From the human T2T-CHM13v2.0 reference genome, Homo sapiens, in NCBI RefSeq assembly GCF_009914755.1, contig NC_060926.1: DNA of 64,000 bases; one strand, given 5' to 3'. Below, piece by piece: positions 28,302 through 43,006 of this stretch. The stretch's first letter is position 1. Every line of letters begins with the position of its first letter. The notes under the pieces are model-generated. The model did no database searches, was not told the DNA's origin, and saw only the letters and a program-made list of their open reading frames with translations. Position numbers and translations under genes: made by a program.

Positions 28302-30701
28302 CTGAAGTTTTACTCAGCTCTGCTGAAAATATAGCAGATGGTGATCTGTCCTCTTTTTCTGTATCGGAAGGAAGTTTTTTCTCAGCTTCTTTCACAAGAA
28401 CTTTGGGTTTAACTATGCTCTCTATCTCTGCTTGAGTGGCCAAAGCAGAAACATCTGGAGGCAATAAGAGCACCTTTGATGTAGCAGACCCATTTTTAGA
28501 AAAGTCATCTGAGAAACTGATTTTCTCTTCAACTTTGGGTTGTATGTTCTTCAAAGAAAGGTCATGGGGCAATTCTGTGCAAGGCAATGACCCAGCTCCA
28601 TCCGGGGCATTAGCAATTTCACTTTTGTGGGATACTTCTAGGTCAGTATATTCCCTGGCTAATTTAGAAAATGAATCAGTTTTAGAACTGATCAATGTAG
28701 GGAACTCATCTATAATTTCAATTGGAGATGAATCTGAAAACGTTTCAGTTTCTCTTATCTGTGCTTCCTTAGAAATAAATAAGTCATCATTTGAATAAAC
28801 TGCAGTACTGAGCTCCTCCATCTGCAAAGGAATTTTCTCCTTTTTGCTCAATGTTGAAACTTCATCAGGTAACAGGGTATCTTTTGTGTTATCTAAACTG
28901 AGCTTAAAAGATTCCAAATATGGCTTTCCTCCCTCAGGTGGCAAAGCACTGAGTTTTTCCTTATTTTCATATTCTATCATTGACTCAAATGAAGTCTCAG
29001 TGAGACTTTCTTTCACAAGCATCACAGTTTCATCTTGTTTTTGTGGAACGTCAGGTATTGAATCATCACTAAATAAGTCAACTGGTTCAGAATCAGGTGA
29101 GGAATCTTCAACTAGCTCAGAATGATCAGGCACTGGCTGTTCAACTTTTGCCATTTCTGAATAATCAGAGAAATCCGGAGCTGGTTCAGCAGAAAGCTTT
29201 GTTTCTTTAATTAAATCACATGCAATAGATATATAAGGAGCTTCTGTTTCTTGAAGAGCTGCATTAATATTTTCAGGCTCTTTAATTTCTTCCTTTATTC
29301 CTGATACTTTTTTTAGTGATACACTCATGGCCTCTTCATATGGTGGGGGGTTTTCAGGCTCATGTTTTATGCTTTCATAATTAACTGAAGAAGCTTCTAA
29401 TGGTGATGAGCTGGGCTGTATCACGGAAGCACCAGCACTAGGAACTGCAGAATTCAATGGTGCTTCCATAACAATGTCAGGCAAAACTGGTGAAGGAGTA
29501 GCTTCTGACTCTTCAAATGATGGGCAAAGCTGTGCTGCAGGATAGAGTGACTCTTGCATAACTTCTGATGTTTGAACCAAGTCCATTTTTGTTTCATAAG
29601 CAATCTTTGTACCAGTAACTTCATTCAATTCACTTTCACATGCTTCCTGTACTAAATCTGGAGTCAGGCCTTCAGGCATGTTTGCCACGACTTCCTCAGT
29701 CACCTTTGTTAAATTATCTGTTGTGACATAATCTGTCTCAGAATCCTGTGCTGCTACAAGAAAAGGGTTTGATGTTTTGGTGCTAGTATTCTTCTCTGTT
29801 ACTATTTGGGCCTTCTTTTCTTCTATTTTTTTTTCATCGGTCTTATTTTCTGAAGTAGGATCTCCTAACAAAGGAAAAATGTTTGTTGCAATGCTCTCAG
29901 TTGCTGCTGGGTTAAAGGGAGCACATGTGATATATGCTCCTGAACGATCCTTTATACCTTCTGGCGTACTGGGGAAAGAAGTATCATCATTACTACTCTC
30001 ACTATCTTTTTCGTGATTAGTTTGCTCAAGGCTATCTGCAAAACATTTTTTATCCACTTTACTTTCCAAGTTGCTCTCGATTTTACCTCCAGCAGCCAAC
30101 ATATCACTATCTTCCTTACTATCTTTCACTTCCCATACTCGCTCAAATGGTTTGAAGTCTGCATATTCCTCCCTCATAGGAGCTTCCACTGCAACTCTCT
30201 TTTCATTAAAACTGTCTTTTGCTTTTTCTGAAGACACAACTTCATCCTCTTTAACCAATTTAGTAAGAGCTGTAGGTAACTCTTGTTGATTATGAAGGAT
30301 GTTATTACTAACTAACTTCTCTTCTTCATCTTTATTTTTCACGATTATTTCTTCCCTAGGATTTGCTACTATTACGGCAGATTCTGCTTTTGGAGAGACA
30401 CTGAACGATGATCCCATTTCTGAGTATTCTAATTCTGAAAACTCTGTTAAATCTCTATCTATGAGTAGAGTTTTTGCCTTCTCTGAGACCTCTTTAGAAG
30501 CTTCACTGACATTTTCTTGAAGTGTTCCTTCAGTGGGTAATACTGTTGACAAATTACCAAGGTATTCATGTTCTTTGAAAGAAGCGGCTGAGAGAGGAGA
30601 CAGAGAAGGAAGAGAAGCAGCAGTTTCAAGCAGGACAGATGGGAAATCCTCTTGACCAGCCGAAATAGTGTTACCTGGCTGCTCCTTCAAGTCCATATTT
30701 T
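28302..30701 (-). CDS. RTN4: RTN4 exon 3, Nogo-A-specific 2400-nt exon (amino-Nogo/NiG incl. delta-20 region and PPPY motif)
   Basis: Within the 841-aa ORF: ENMDLKEQPGNTISAG...PPPYEEA...AELSKTS; acceptor GGTCACAG|AAAAT, donor TCAG|GTAATC; exactly 2400 nt, phase 1-1. Confidence 0.98.
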
Positions 30702-31379
30702 CTGTGACCATGGACAGAAAGGAAAGTTAGAGAATGCCAGTGTTCTCAGAGTTAATGCAAGTTTTATGACAGATCCAAAATAGTGTTAGTAAAGACTTAC
30801 TGTTTACTAAAATGAAATGTTAATAGCAATTAATAAGTAACAATAGAGTAGACTTCAATCATTACTGAAAATATTAAGCTATTGTAAATATAACATATGC
30901 ATGGCTACAGAGGCAATTACATGCTGTGCAAAGACAAATCAAGTCTGAGTAAACCTCAAATGTTATCAACTAAGATACTAATAGCTAGTTTTAGAGAAGA
31001 GAAGAATATCTGTGAAAAGAGTTTCGGTGACAGCATAGGAAAGAAGGGGCACTGGGTAAATGCCATAGACTGGTATTTATTTACAGGAAAGCCTTTCTGG
31101 CTATACTCAAACTGTATTTGGAGAAAGGGAATGGTAAATATGTAAATGTAATTCAAGGGTCCAAGAATTCCTTATGTACTTCCAAGTATTCATCAGATTT
31201 TGCTCATTTTTCCCTTGGGCATACCATATAAAATGCACATTTCAACTTTTCCAGTAGACAAAACATTCTCGGAACCATGCTAATTTTTAGTAAACCCAAA
31301 CTACTCTGCATAGTGTTAACACACTAAAGAGTTAAAGTTAGAATACAGAGAGGATAAAAGGCTGGCAGAAAGAACTTGC

Positions 31380-31436
31380 CTGCAGAGGAGCGTATCACAG
31401 GCTCAGATGCAGCAGGAAGAGCAAAAAGGGTCTCAT
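31380..31436 (-). CDS. RTN4: RTN4 exon 2 (57 nt; (D)ETLFALPAASEPVIRSSA)
   Basis: Acceptor TTTGTTTTTCAG|ATGAGACC; phase 1-1; joins exon 1 (G+AT=D) to exon 3 (G+AA=E), giving the known Nogo-A sequence; donor is CAG|GCAAGT. Confidence 0.95.
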
Positions 31437-32158
31437 CTGAAAAACAAATAGAATATAACCTCAGCAGAAATAAAGACAGATTGAAAGGAGACTAAAGATA
31501 AGAGGAGCAAGCCAGGGTTCAGTTTGTAATAAGTTAACAAAAAACTTTACAGAGAAAGGGCCAAGATCAAAAGGAAGTCAGAAAAAGTAGTACCATTAAT
31601 TCAGGTTAAATCATCATATGTATTATAAAGCTAATTAAATGTTATCCATAGAACCTATCATTTTTCAAGAGGCAATACAACCTGTTTATGTTAAAGAAAC
31701 TTATGAATCAAAGTGGCTTTAAAATACTGTTCTACTTAACATATCACATCCCAAGCTTTCACTCAGGTTTTCACATAGGTAAATTGTCTTGTTCTATTCA
31801 GGCCAAAAACAAAAAGCTGAATTTGAATACAATTAACAACTACAAATGTTTAATCTTTTGTTATTGGCATATATTCAATTTAAAGAAACACTTTTAAAGA
31901 ATTATGCATTTTCTCTTACATTCTAAGTTGTTACAGTCATTGTACATTGTTCTTTGAAGACATTAGTCCTGTGCCAATGTCCAAATGCCAGAGTCCAAAA
32001 TACAAAAAAAAAAAAAATTAACTGCCTTTAGGATGACACCATTATTGGTTTTGCTTAAAATTAACCTAAGTGAGGGCTACTTGTTATTTGTATACACAAC
32101 TAGTAAGTGAGAGACTAAGGCAATTCAATTCCAGAGCCCATTTCCTTAATCACTGTAT

Positions 32159-32553
32159 GTTACAGAACTGAATGCTTATATTTCCTACAAAACTCATGTT
32201 AAAGCCCCAACCCCTAAAGTGATAGTATCTGAAGATGGGGACTTTGGGAGGTGATTAGGGTTAAATGCAGTCAGGGTGGGGCCCTGGGCCAAGGGGATTA
32301 ATGCCCTTACAAGAAGAGACACCAGAGAGCTTGCTGTCATGCTCCCTGTCTCCCCAGGCACACACAAGAGGTCATGTGTGCACACAGTGAGATGGTGGTC
32401 ACCTATAAGCCAGGAGAAGAGGCCTCAAAAAGAAATCTACCTTGCCAGCACCTTGATCTTAGACTTACCAGCCTCCAGAATTGTGAGAAGTAAATTTCTG
32501 TTCAGCCACCCAGCCTATGGTATTTTGTTACGGCAGCCCAAGCTAACTAATAC
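32159..32553 (+). mobile_element. MaLR solo LTR (MLT1A-like)
   Basis: TGTTA...ATACA ends; GACTTACCAGCCTCCAGAATTGTGAGAAGTAAATTTCTG. Confidence 0.85.
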
Positions 32554-34896
32554 ACTCTATATTGGTAATATTAACTTTGTACAATGTCATCTTGTACCTG
32601 CAGTTGGGAGATCCTAAGCTAAAGATCTTCCATGGTTTACACTAGAGAAAGGCCTCTACCATCAGACAATTTGAAACAGCCTGAGAGATGACTGGAAGGT
32701 GATATTCCTTTAACAGAGAGAACCTAATAAATTTAGACAATTTCATCTGGATGGACAAGCTAGACAAGGCTGATCAAAACAGATAAAAATCCAAGAAATG
32801 TAGCTAACATGAATACGGACTTGTCTTCCAAGCATATTACCCTTAATGAATTAGGAGAGCTAACTTCACAAGGTCTTATATATTTTAGATAAATATATAC
32901 TGGGCATGAAGTCATACTTAAAGGATTCCTAGATGAGGGTGATGACGGGAAATTTATGATGTGTGTTTAAAAGGGTTTCCTCCAACCTAGAGCACTAGGT
33001 AGGATGGGCTATCCAGTCAAAGGGGTAACATAATGGCTTATAAGATTTTTAAATAAAGTGCATATATATGTGTACACATATTTAAAAGATTACTTGCTAT
33101 GTGATCTTAAATTACAGTTTCTCATTTGTAAAATGAAGGAAAGTTCCCTTCAGCTAAAATAATGAATTATTAGCTTGTATAAAACTGAAATTTGAGGGTC
33201 AAAGAGCAGAACCAAATAATTACGCAGCTGCTCCATCTAAATAACAGTTAACCAATTCTTAACAAAATGGTTGTCTTTTTTATCTAGACAATATAGTTAA
33301 AAGCCACTAATTCAGAGGCTAGTCTATCTGGAAAGTGAACTAGAAACATATATTACTGTTAAAGTTAGTGGGAAAACAAACTACATCTAAATTTGTGCCA
33401 TAATTTTAAAGTATTTTTTTAATGTACTGTACTCTTATTCCTACCTAGTGCAATAATCTTTTATAATAAAAACTATATTCCTGGAATTTTTCTAAGTAAA
33501 AAAGTTTTCAAATTGGTATTTCAAAGATTCATTATGTTTAAGAAAAAAAGAAAAATCTTCATTTTGTAAAATGGGATTCGATCCAGTTACCCATAAAACA
33601 AGTACTACATTTCTAAAAGCTCTTTAAAAAAATCCAGAATAGTTAACTATCTTCTGGGACTTCAAGAATACAGTTCAGACTCCTAATAAAGCAATCACAG
33701 ATCATGAAATTGAATTGCCTAAGTCCAAATCACAAATCCATCACTTACAACTGTAACTCTTAGCCTTTCTGTGCCTAATGAAACTTGTAAAATAAGGATA
33801 ATAAGAGTACCCACCTAAAAATGTTGTGAAGGAGGGAGAGGGAAAGAAAAAAGAAGAAACAACTTGCCCTAAGTCACAGAACTAGGAGGCCAGAGGGTCA
33901 AAACATCTAATTCCCAAGTCTTTGTGCTTTATAATTATTATTATTTTTTGGCTAGGCTTCCTCAAAGCACGAGATGTGCTTCATCTTCTGAAGGATGTAT
34001 TTATGTACAAGTGCAACTGGTGCAATCCTTCTTACTGTATCAGCCCCTCAAGTTAGTTCTCCTGAAACAAGGTAAATCGTCACCCAGTAAATACCTTGTA
34101 ATTAGCAGAAATATTGCATTGATCAATTGCTTCTATTTTACAATGTAACAACATTTATAGAAACATTAATGTGGGACAGGTACTGTGCTGAGCCGGCACA
34201 TTTGTTTCAGATGTTCATTCTGTTCTCAAAACTACCCTGTAAGGTAGGTACTACTGTTACCCCCATTTCACATACGAGAAAAGAGGCATTTAAATCATAT
34301 CTAATTACAATACTACAAAAAACCTGCATTTTAAAACCATAGAACTTCTGCTTCTGGCTATGAGAGTAATTACAACAGACTAATTCTTCCAATATAAGCA
34401 ACTAAAAATATGGGCAAAATACTAGAAGCAACTATCTTGAGACACTGGACAAGAGGCAGGACAGCAGTGTGAATCCTGAGAAAAGGGAAACCTGCAAGAT
34501 GACTACGCTGCTTTCTGTCTGAAGGCACATTCTGGTCTACAGTACAGAGAGAAGCCTAAGAATACCGCACTCTTGCTAAGCTGAGGAGGCTGAGGAGTTG
34601 TCTGGAATTTGTGAGACAGGGTAACATACAAAGTAAAGCCTCACAGAAAAGGAGCTCCAAAAATCTGGATAGGGGTTCCTCTTAAACCTCTGGGTGAATA
34701 CTACGCTGCATGTGCACAGCACAAGACTCGGCAAGGCCTAGCCAAGAAACCTATGGTAGAGCTGCAAATTAACTGGATTATATCGAAGGTCAGAAAGTGC
34801 TGAAGACCTGATCTAAAAATTCTGACCAGTCAGAAAGGAAAGATCTCTCTAAACACCTCAAGCAGGACTACTCTAAGCCTAAAGGATACTCTAGAC

Positions 34897-35085
34897 CAAG
34901 AGTCAGCAAACCATGGCTCATGAGCCCATATTGTATTGGAACACAGCCACGCCCATTCACTTCTGTGCTGTCTATAACTACTTTTGCACAATAAAAACAG
35001 AGACGAACAGTTTAGACAAAGGCTGTATGGCCCACAAGCCTAAACTATTTACTCTAACTGGCCCTGTAAGTCTGCAGACCCCTAC
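34897..35085. mobile_element. MER58A-like hAT element
   Basis: 8-bp TSD CTCTAGAC (34889-34896, 35086-35093); TTGGAACACAGCCACGCCCATTCA. Confidence 0.82.
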
Positions 35086-35282
35086 CTCTAGACCCACCCT
35101 AACTTTAAAATCAAAACTTGAAAGGATCAAAATGATTTTCCAGCAAATTAACTGCCTGCCAGAACAAAGTTAAAACCACCAAATCCATGACATGCAGTAT
35201 AAAATAAATTAATGGACATGCAAAGCAGCAAGAAAATATGACCATAAATAAGAAAGAATAGCAAATATAAACAAACAAATAA

Positions 35283-35594
<312 letters not shown>

Positions 35595-35961
35595 TGGATT
35601 AGCAAATATTAAAATGAAAATTAAAATAGCTATTAAGATATTAAGTACAGAAAAAGACAGACATATAGAGTAGACAGGGAATCTTGGTGGAGAAATATAG
35701 ACTAAAGGACCAAATGGAGATGCTAGAATTGTAAATTATATTAACTGAAAATAATCACTAGATGAGCTTAAAGGCAGATTAGACAATACAGAAAAAAAGA
35801 TTTATTGATAAACAAACTTAAAAAACAACAACAGAAAGTATCCAAACTGAAACACAACAAGGGAAAAGGGCAAGTGAAAAAAGGAACAGAGCCTCAGTGC
35901 TGAGAGACAATCAAGGAGTTAAAATACCTATAATTGCAGTCCCCTTAAAAAAAGCAACAGT

Positions 35962-36285
35962 GGCCAGGCATGGGAGCTCATGCCTGTAACCCCAACACTT
36001 TAGGAGGCCAAAGTGGGAGGACCACTTGAGGCCAGGAGTTGGGACACCAGTTGGGACAACACAGTGAGACCCTATCTCTACAAAAAACTTAAAAATTAGC
36101 CGGTGTAGTGGTGCACACGTGCAGTTCTAGCAACTCAGGAGGCTGAGATGGGAGGATCACTCAAGCCCAGGAGTTTGAGGCTGTAACAAGCCATGATCAC
36201 GCCACTGCACTCCACCCTGGACAACACAGTTAAGACCCTGTCTCTTTAAAAAAGACTGAAGAAGTTAAAAAAAAAAAAAAAGAAA
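35962..36285 (+). mobile_element. AluJ-like
   Basis: Full dimer. Confidence 0.9.
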
Positions 36286-36560
36286 AAATGGCCTAAAATT
36301 GGACAGAAGTTGGCATTTTGAAAATACCAACCAACAGAGCCACAAAGCTCAATGTACTCCAAGCAGAATAAACACAACACCACAAAAAGGCACACCATAA
36401 GGGTCAAACTGAAAATCAAAGATAGAGACAACCCTAAAAACAGTCAGAGGAAAAAAGCAGGTAAACAACAATAAGAATGACCTCACCTCTCATTGATGTA
36501 ATCCAAAAGGTAATGAACGCCTTTAAAGTTATGAAAAAACTGACAATCTAAAATTATATA

Positions 36561-37408
36561 CAGATGATCCTCATTATTCATGGATTCCTTATTTGCTCAT
36601 TTACCTGCTCACTAAATTTGTAGCCCCAAAATCCATACTTGCAGCACTTTCAGGACATGCAATGAGCAGAGCAGGCAAACCAGAGCGGGTCATCCAAAGT
36701 ACAAGTTCCCAGCTGAGATGGAACAAGGTAACCCTACCGCCTTCTTGTTTCAGCTCTGCCACTGACTTCCCTGTTTCATATGGCCCTTAAGCACAGCGCT
36801 GACATGGTATCGAGTGTTTTTAACCACAAGAAGGCTATGATGTGCCTTACAGAGAAAACATATGTTAGATAATCTTCCTTCAGGCATAAATTATAGTGTT
36901 CTTGGCCATGAGTTCAATGTTAATGAATCAATAATACATATTAAATAAGATGTCTTTATTTTTTAATTGATATATAACAGTTGTTTTATATTTTGGTAGT
37001 ACATATGATATTTTGATACCTATATGCAATGTGTAATGATCAAGTCAGAGTGACTGGGTTATATATCACCTCAAACATTTTTCTTTTCTTTGTGTTAGAA
37101 ACATTACAATTCTTCTAGCTATTCTGAAATATAGAATAAATCATTAACTATAATTTCTCTACTGTACTATCAAATACTAGAACTTATTCCTTCTATCCAA
37201 CTGTATTTTTGTACCCCAGGTGGCTTTAAATAGAAAAACACATAAAACAAGGTAATATACTGATTGGTTAACAAAAATATTATGACAAGAGGCTTACAGG
37301 AGCCAAGTCTGTATTTCCCCTAAGAACAATGATTCAGTATTTGCTAATTCCCTGTTTTTGGTGGCTATACAGAACATAGTGACAGCTTAAAAAAACAGAA
37401 TTGGCTGT
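36561..37408. mobile_element. Tigger-family element (MER82-like) containing an antisense L1MA 3' fragment (~36955-37215)
   Basis: TA-CAGATGATCCTCATTATTC...GAATTGGCTG-TA; inner T-rich L1 3' end in reverse. Confidence 0.65.
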
Positions 37409-37436
37409 ATTATTCAAAACATATTTTTTTAAATAA

Positions 37437-37733
<297 letters not shown>

Positions 37734-39535
37734 ATATATAGAAAAAGTAAAGATTAATAAAGGTATCTTCAGATAAAAGCTGAAAACAGAAGCTGAAAGA
37801 ATTTGTCACTAAGACACCTACAATACAAGAAATGTTAAATCAAGTTCTTCAGACTGAGAGAAAATGATATGAGATGTAAACTTTGATCTTTATGTAGGAA
37901 TAAAGAATGGCAAAAATGGTAAATATATATGTAGATGTTGAATATACAGGTAGATGTTAATTTTTCTCATTTCTTAGTTTCTTCAAAGAATAACTTTCTG
38001 AAGCACAAATAATCACAAAATACAATAACTATAATACATTTAGAAGCAAAACTTATGACAATAAAAGCACAAAGGATGAAAATAGTATATGAAAGTATGT
38101 TTTATTACATGTGAAACATGTAAGGTGGTATAATATTCTTGCTATTTTATGATAAATTGAGAATGCATTCTGTAATCCCTAGAACAGCCTCTTAAAAAAT
38201 AAAGAGGTACAGCTAAAACCCCAACAGAGGAGATAAATCTGAATATTATAAAATCCTTGATTAATCCAGAAGAAGAAACAAAAGAAGAAAATCAAAGAAC
38301 CCAAAAAGCAGATGGGACAAAGAAAAAACAAAGACACACAACCACACACTATCAGTTAGGATACAGATGATTTAGGCCCCACTACCAATGAGCTAAACTG
38401 ACTTTTATGGAACACTACAACCAACAATATAATACACATTCTTCTCAAGTACATATGGAACATTCACCAAGATAAAACATTTCCTGGGCTACAAAACAAT
38501 CTCAATCTAAAACAAGTGAAATCATGCAGTCTATGTTCTACAATGAATTAAATCACCTAAAATATCCTCAAATGTTTAAAAACGAAACTACAGAATTCTA
38601 AATAATCCATGAATCAAAGAAAATAGGGGGAAAATTAAAGAAATTCTGAATCAAATGATCATGAAAATGTGTGGGATGCAGCAAAGTAATGCTTAGAGAG
38701 AAATGTATAGCTTTTAAATGCTTTTAGAAAAAAGGCTTAAAATCGAAGTGTAAAGCTTCCACTTTAAAAGAGCAAGTTAAATCCAAACAAGTAAAAGAAA
38801 ATAAGTAGTAAAGAGCAGAAACCAATGATAGAAAACAGATTAAAAAAAAAAATCAATGAAACAAAAAGTTGCTTCCCTGAAAAGATCAACAGAATTGATA
38901 ATCAACTAAAATGATCAAGACAGAGACTGAGAGACAGAGAGAGGAAGCAAGTATTGAAAATAAAAGAGGGACTGTTACTGTAGGTCCTAAAAACGTAAGA
39001 GAATATTATGCACACATTTATGACAATAAATTAGACAACTTAGATGAGTAGACAACTTCCTTGATGTCTACTTATCAAAATGAAAGACAAGTTTCTTTAT
39101 ACCCAGTCATCAAAATGAAATAGATGCATTCCTTGAAAGACACAAATCACCAAAACTGACACAAGCAGAAATCAAAAATCAGAATAGTCCTATGTGACTA
39201 TACTTGTAACTTAAAACCCCCACGAAGAAAACTAATATAAAACATCTAATGAATAGTACCAACCTTACACAAACTCTTTGAGCATATAAAGGAAAAGCAA
39301 ACACTTCCCATAAAATTTTTATAGATTTATGCATTAATACCAAAACCAGACAAGGATATAACACGAAAATTAAAATTAATTTATATAACAATATTCCTCA
39401 TAACCACACATGCAAAAAATCTTCAATAAAATAGTAGCAGATTGAATCCAGCAACTCATAGAAAGTATAATCATCACCAAATGGGGTTTAATTCCAGGAA
39501 GGTGAGGTTGGTTTAACATTCAAAATCAAACAATA

Positions 39536-39838
<303 letters not shown>

Positions 39839-40497
39839 TTAAAAAATTTAAAAAGTTTTTTTAAATCATATAATGAAATTCACTATAGTAACAACAGCCC
39901 GAAAAGGAAAAACCATATGATCATCTCAACAAATGTCAAAAACTTATCTGACAAATTTCAACACCTGTTATCATAAAAACTATCAGCAAACTAGGAATAG
40001 AAGGAAGCTTTCTCAACCTAAGAGTCAGGATATCTAGGAAAAATATGCAGCTAACATCATACTTAAAGGTGAAAGACTAATGCATTCACTCAAGATTCTG
40101 TGTTAAACAAGCAATCTACCAGGCTTCTCGTAAAGATCTGAAGAGAAAAGTAAAACTATCTTAACTTACAGACAACAGGACTGTATAGTTGGAAAATCCT
40201 AAGGATTCAAAATAAAATAACCCTACCAAAGCTAGTAGTGAATTTATAAGGATACAGGATAGATGCAAAGACAGTACACAAAACTTAACTCTATTTCCAT
40301 ACAGTAGCAACAAAGAGAAAATGAAAATATTTTCTAAATATCACTCACTGTAACAAAAAAACATAAAATATTTAGGCATAAATTTGACAAGAGATGCACA
40401 AAACTGCTATACTGAAACACACTGCTGAGAGAAATTACAGATGATCTAAACAACAGAGATATCACATTCATGGGTTGAAAGATATAATATTGTTGAG

Positions 40498-40925
40498 TGT
40501 CAGGAAACAGTTCTCTATGAGTATATTGTGTTTTTACACATCTTCCCTTTGTTCCTATCTTTTAAAAACATTTGTATTGTGAACAGCCTTGGAAAACAGG
40601 GACAGTTTCTTCTTCTTCAGCAACTAGCAGCCATGCTTATTATATGACACAAAAGATTTGTTTCCCTAAGCTTAAGATTTCTGTCTATAATACAACCTGC
40701 TACAGGTGCAGATCTCACTCAGCCATCTCAGTGTTGCTCCATGTGAAATGGAGCTGAGGGAACTGGCACAAGAAAATGCTAATATTCTGGCTACTGTCAT
40801 TGCTGTGAGTAATAAAGTCCTCTGCCTCTGACCCAGGCATCTTATATCCTCTGCCAGCATCCATGAAACTATGACAGGCTAACTTGTTACCTTTGAAGTA
40901 GTGTAAAATCTCAAATCCTAAGACG
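40498..40925 (+). mobile_element. ERVL-type solo LTR (LTR40-like) inside L1
   Basis: TG start, AATAAAGTCCTCTGCCTCTGACCCAGG, GGCTAACTTGTTA...TAAAATCTCA. Confidence 0.6.
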
Positions 40926-42721
40926 TCACTTATCCGCCCTACTAATCTCTAGATTCAATGCAATCCCAATCAAATTCATAACAGGCATTTTATAGAAATG
41001 AACAAGCTGATTCTGAAATTTATGCAGAAATACTAAGGGACCTAGAAGACACAAAACAATTTTGAAAAAAGATCAAACTTGCAGTCATACTACTTAATTT
41101 TACGACTTGCTATAAAACTACAATAATCAAGTATTGGCATAAGGATAGACAAATCAGTAGAACAAAATAGATATATATAAATAGACACACTTCATATGGT
41201 CAATTTCTTTTCCCAAAGGCACCAAAGCAATTCAATAGAAAGAGAAAAATATTTTCAAAAAACTCTGCTGGGAAAACTGGTTATTATATGTATGGAAAAG
41301 AAACAAATAAATCTGGATCTATGGTAACTCATACCATAGACAAAAACTACCTCAAAACGGATCAAGACAAACAAAAGCTAAAACTATCAAGCTTCTAGAA
41401 GAAACCAAAGTGTCTTCACAATCCTGGAAGGAGGCAAAGATGTCTTAGACATCACAAAGAAAGCACTAACCATGAAAGAAAAAGTAATTATGACTTCTCA
41501 AAATTAAAAATTTATACTCATCAAAAGAATCAATAAAATTAATAGGCAAGCTACAGACTAGGAGAATATATTCACAACACATGTATCAGACCAAAGATTT
41601 GTATTCATAATATATAGAGAGAACTCTTACAAATATGTAGGAAAAAAAAAGGCATACAACACAATTTAAGAATGGGCAAATTACTTGAACAGACACTTCA
41701 CCAAAGAAAACATACACACAAAGGACATGTAAAAGTCCTCTAATTCATTAGTCCCTAGGGAAATCTAGATTAAGACCACAATGAGGAACCACTACATAAC
41801 CACTAAAATGGTTAGAATTTAAAAAACTGACAATATCAAATGTTGGTGAAAACGTAAAGCCACTAGAATTCTCACACATTGCTGGTGGAAGTGGTTGGGG
41901 GAACAGTTAAGCAACTTCTTATAAAGTTAAATATATAGTTACCCCATGACTCAGCAATTCTACTCTCAAGTATTTACCTAAGAGAAATGAAAATATATGC
42001 ATACAAAAATGTCTATGTAAGAATGTTCACAGCATTTTGTTCATAGTAGCCAAAAACTATAATCCAAACATCCAACGAGTGAATACATAATTAAACTGTG
42101 CTATTCTTAGCATGGAATACCACTCAGCAGTTAAAAGGAACAAATTACTGATACCTGCAGCATCATTAGTAAGTCTTAAAAGCATCATGCTGAATGCAAG
42201 TAGCCAAGCACAAAATGTATGATTCCATTCATATGATTGATGCTTTAAAATACGTAAAACTAATCTATGATGAAAGAAATCAAAACAGTAGTTGTTTGGG
42301 ATTGGTGTTGCGGGTAGGAACCAGAGCAAAGAATTGAAGGACTGACTGCTAAGGACCCAAGAGATCTTTCTAGGATGATAGAAATGTTCTATATCTTGTC
42401 AGAGGTGTGGATAAACTAATGTACGCATTTGTCAAAATGTAAAACTGTTGAAACTTAAAATTTATGCATTTTACTGCATGTAAATTATATCTTAATAAAA
42501 ACATTAAGGTGAAAAAGGTGTATGGGCATTCTTCAACAAATAAATTGCAGAGAGAGAGAGACCACAAGCAAGGGAGAACTCATCGATAGATTAAAAGACT
42601 AATAAATCAAATTGATCTATTGTAATATGTGGACCTTACTCGAATTCTGATTCTAACTGTAAAAATAAAAAGAAAGAAAGAAAGACCATTTATGACATTC
42701 AGTAAATAATAGTCAATGTGA

Positions 42722-43006
42722 GGCCAGGCGCGCTCGCTCACACCAGCACTTTGGGGGGCCGAGGCAGGTGAATCACCTGAGGTCAGGAATTCGAGACCAG
42801 CCTGCCCAATATGGTGAAACCCCATCTCTACTAAAAATACAAAAATTAGCCAGGTGTAGTGTTGGGTGCCTGTAATCACAGCTACTCGGAGACTGAGGCA
42901 GGAGAATCACTTGAACCCAGGAGGTGGAGGTTGCAGTGAGCCAAACTTACACCACTGCACTCCAGCCTGGGTGACAAGAGTGAAACTCCATCTCTAAATA
43001 AATAAA
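42722..43006 (+). mobile_element. AluS
   Basis: Dimer with (TAAA)n tail. Confidence 0.9.

Noticed and set aside
28436-30520. Several plus-strand Ser/Phe-rich ORFs
   Set aside because: Antisense shadows of the Glu/Lys-rich exon 3
30702-30711. In-frame ATG (MVT) starting the 841-aa ORF
   Set aside because: Lies in the intron just before the acceptor; no evidence of a transcript start here
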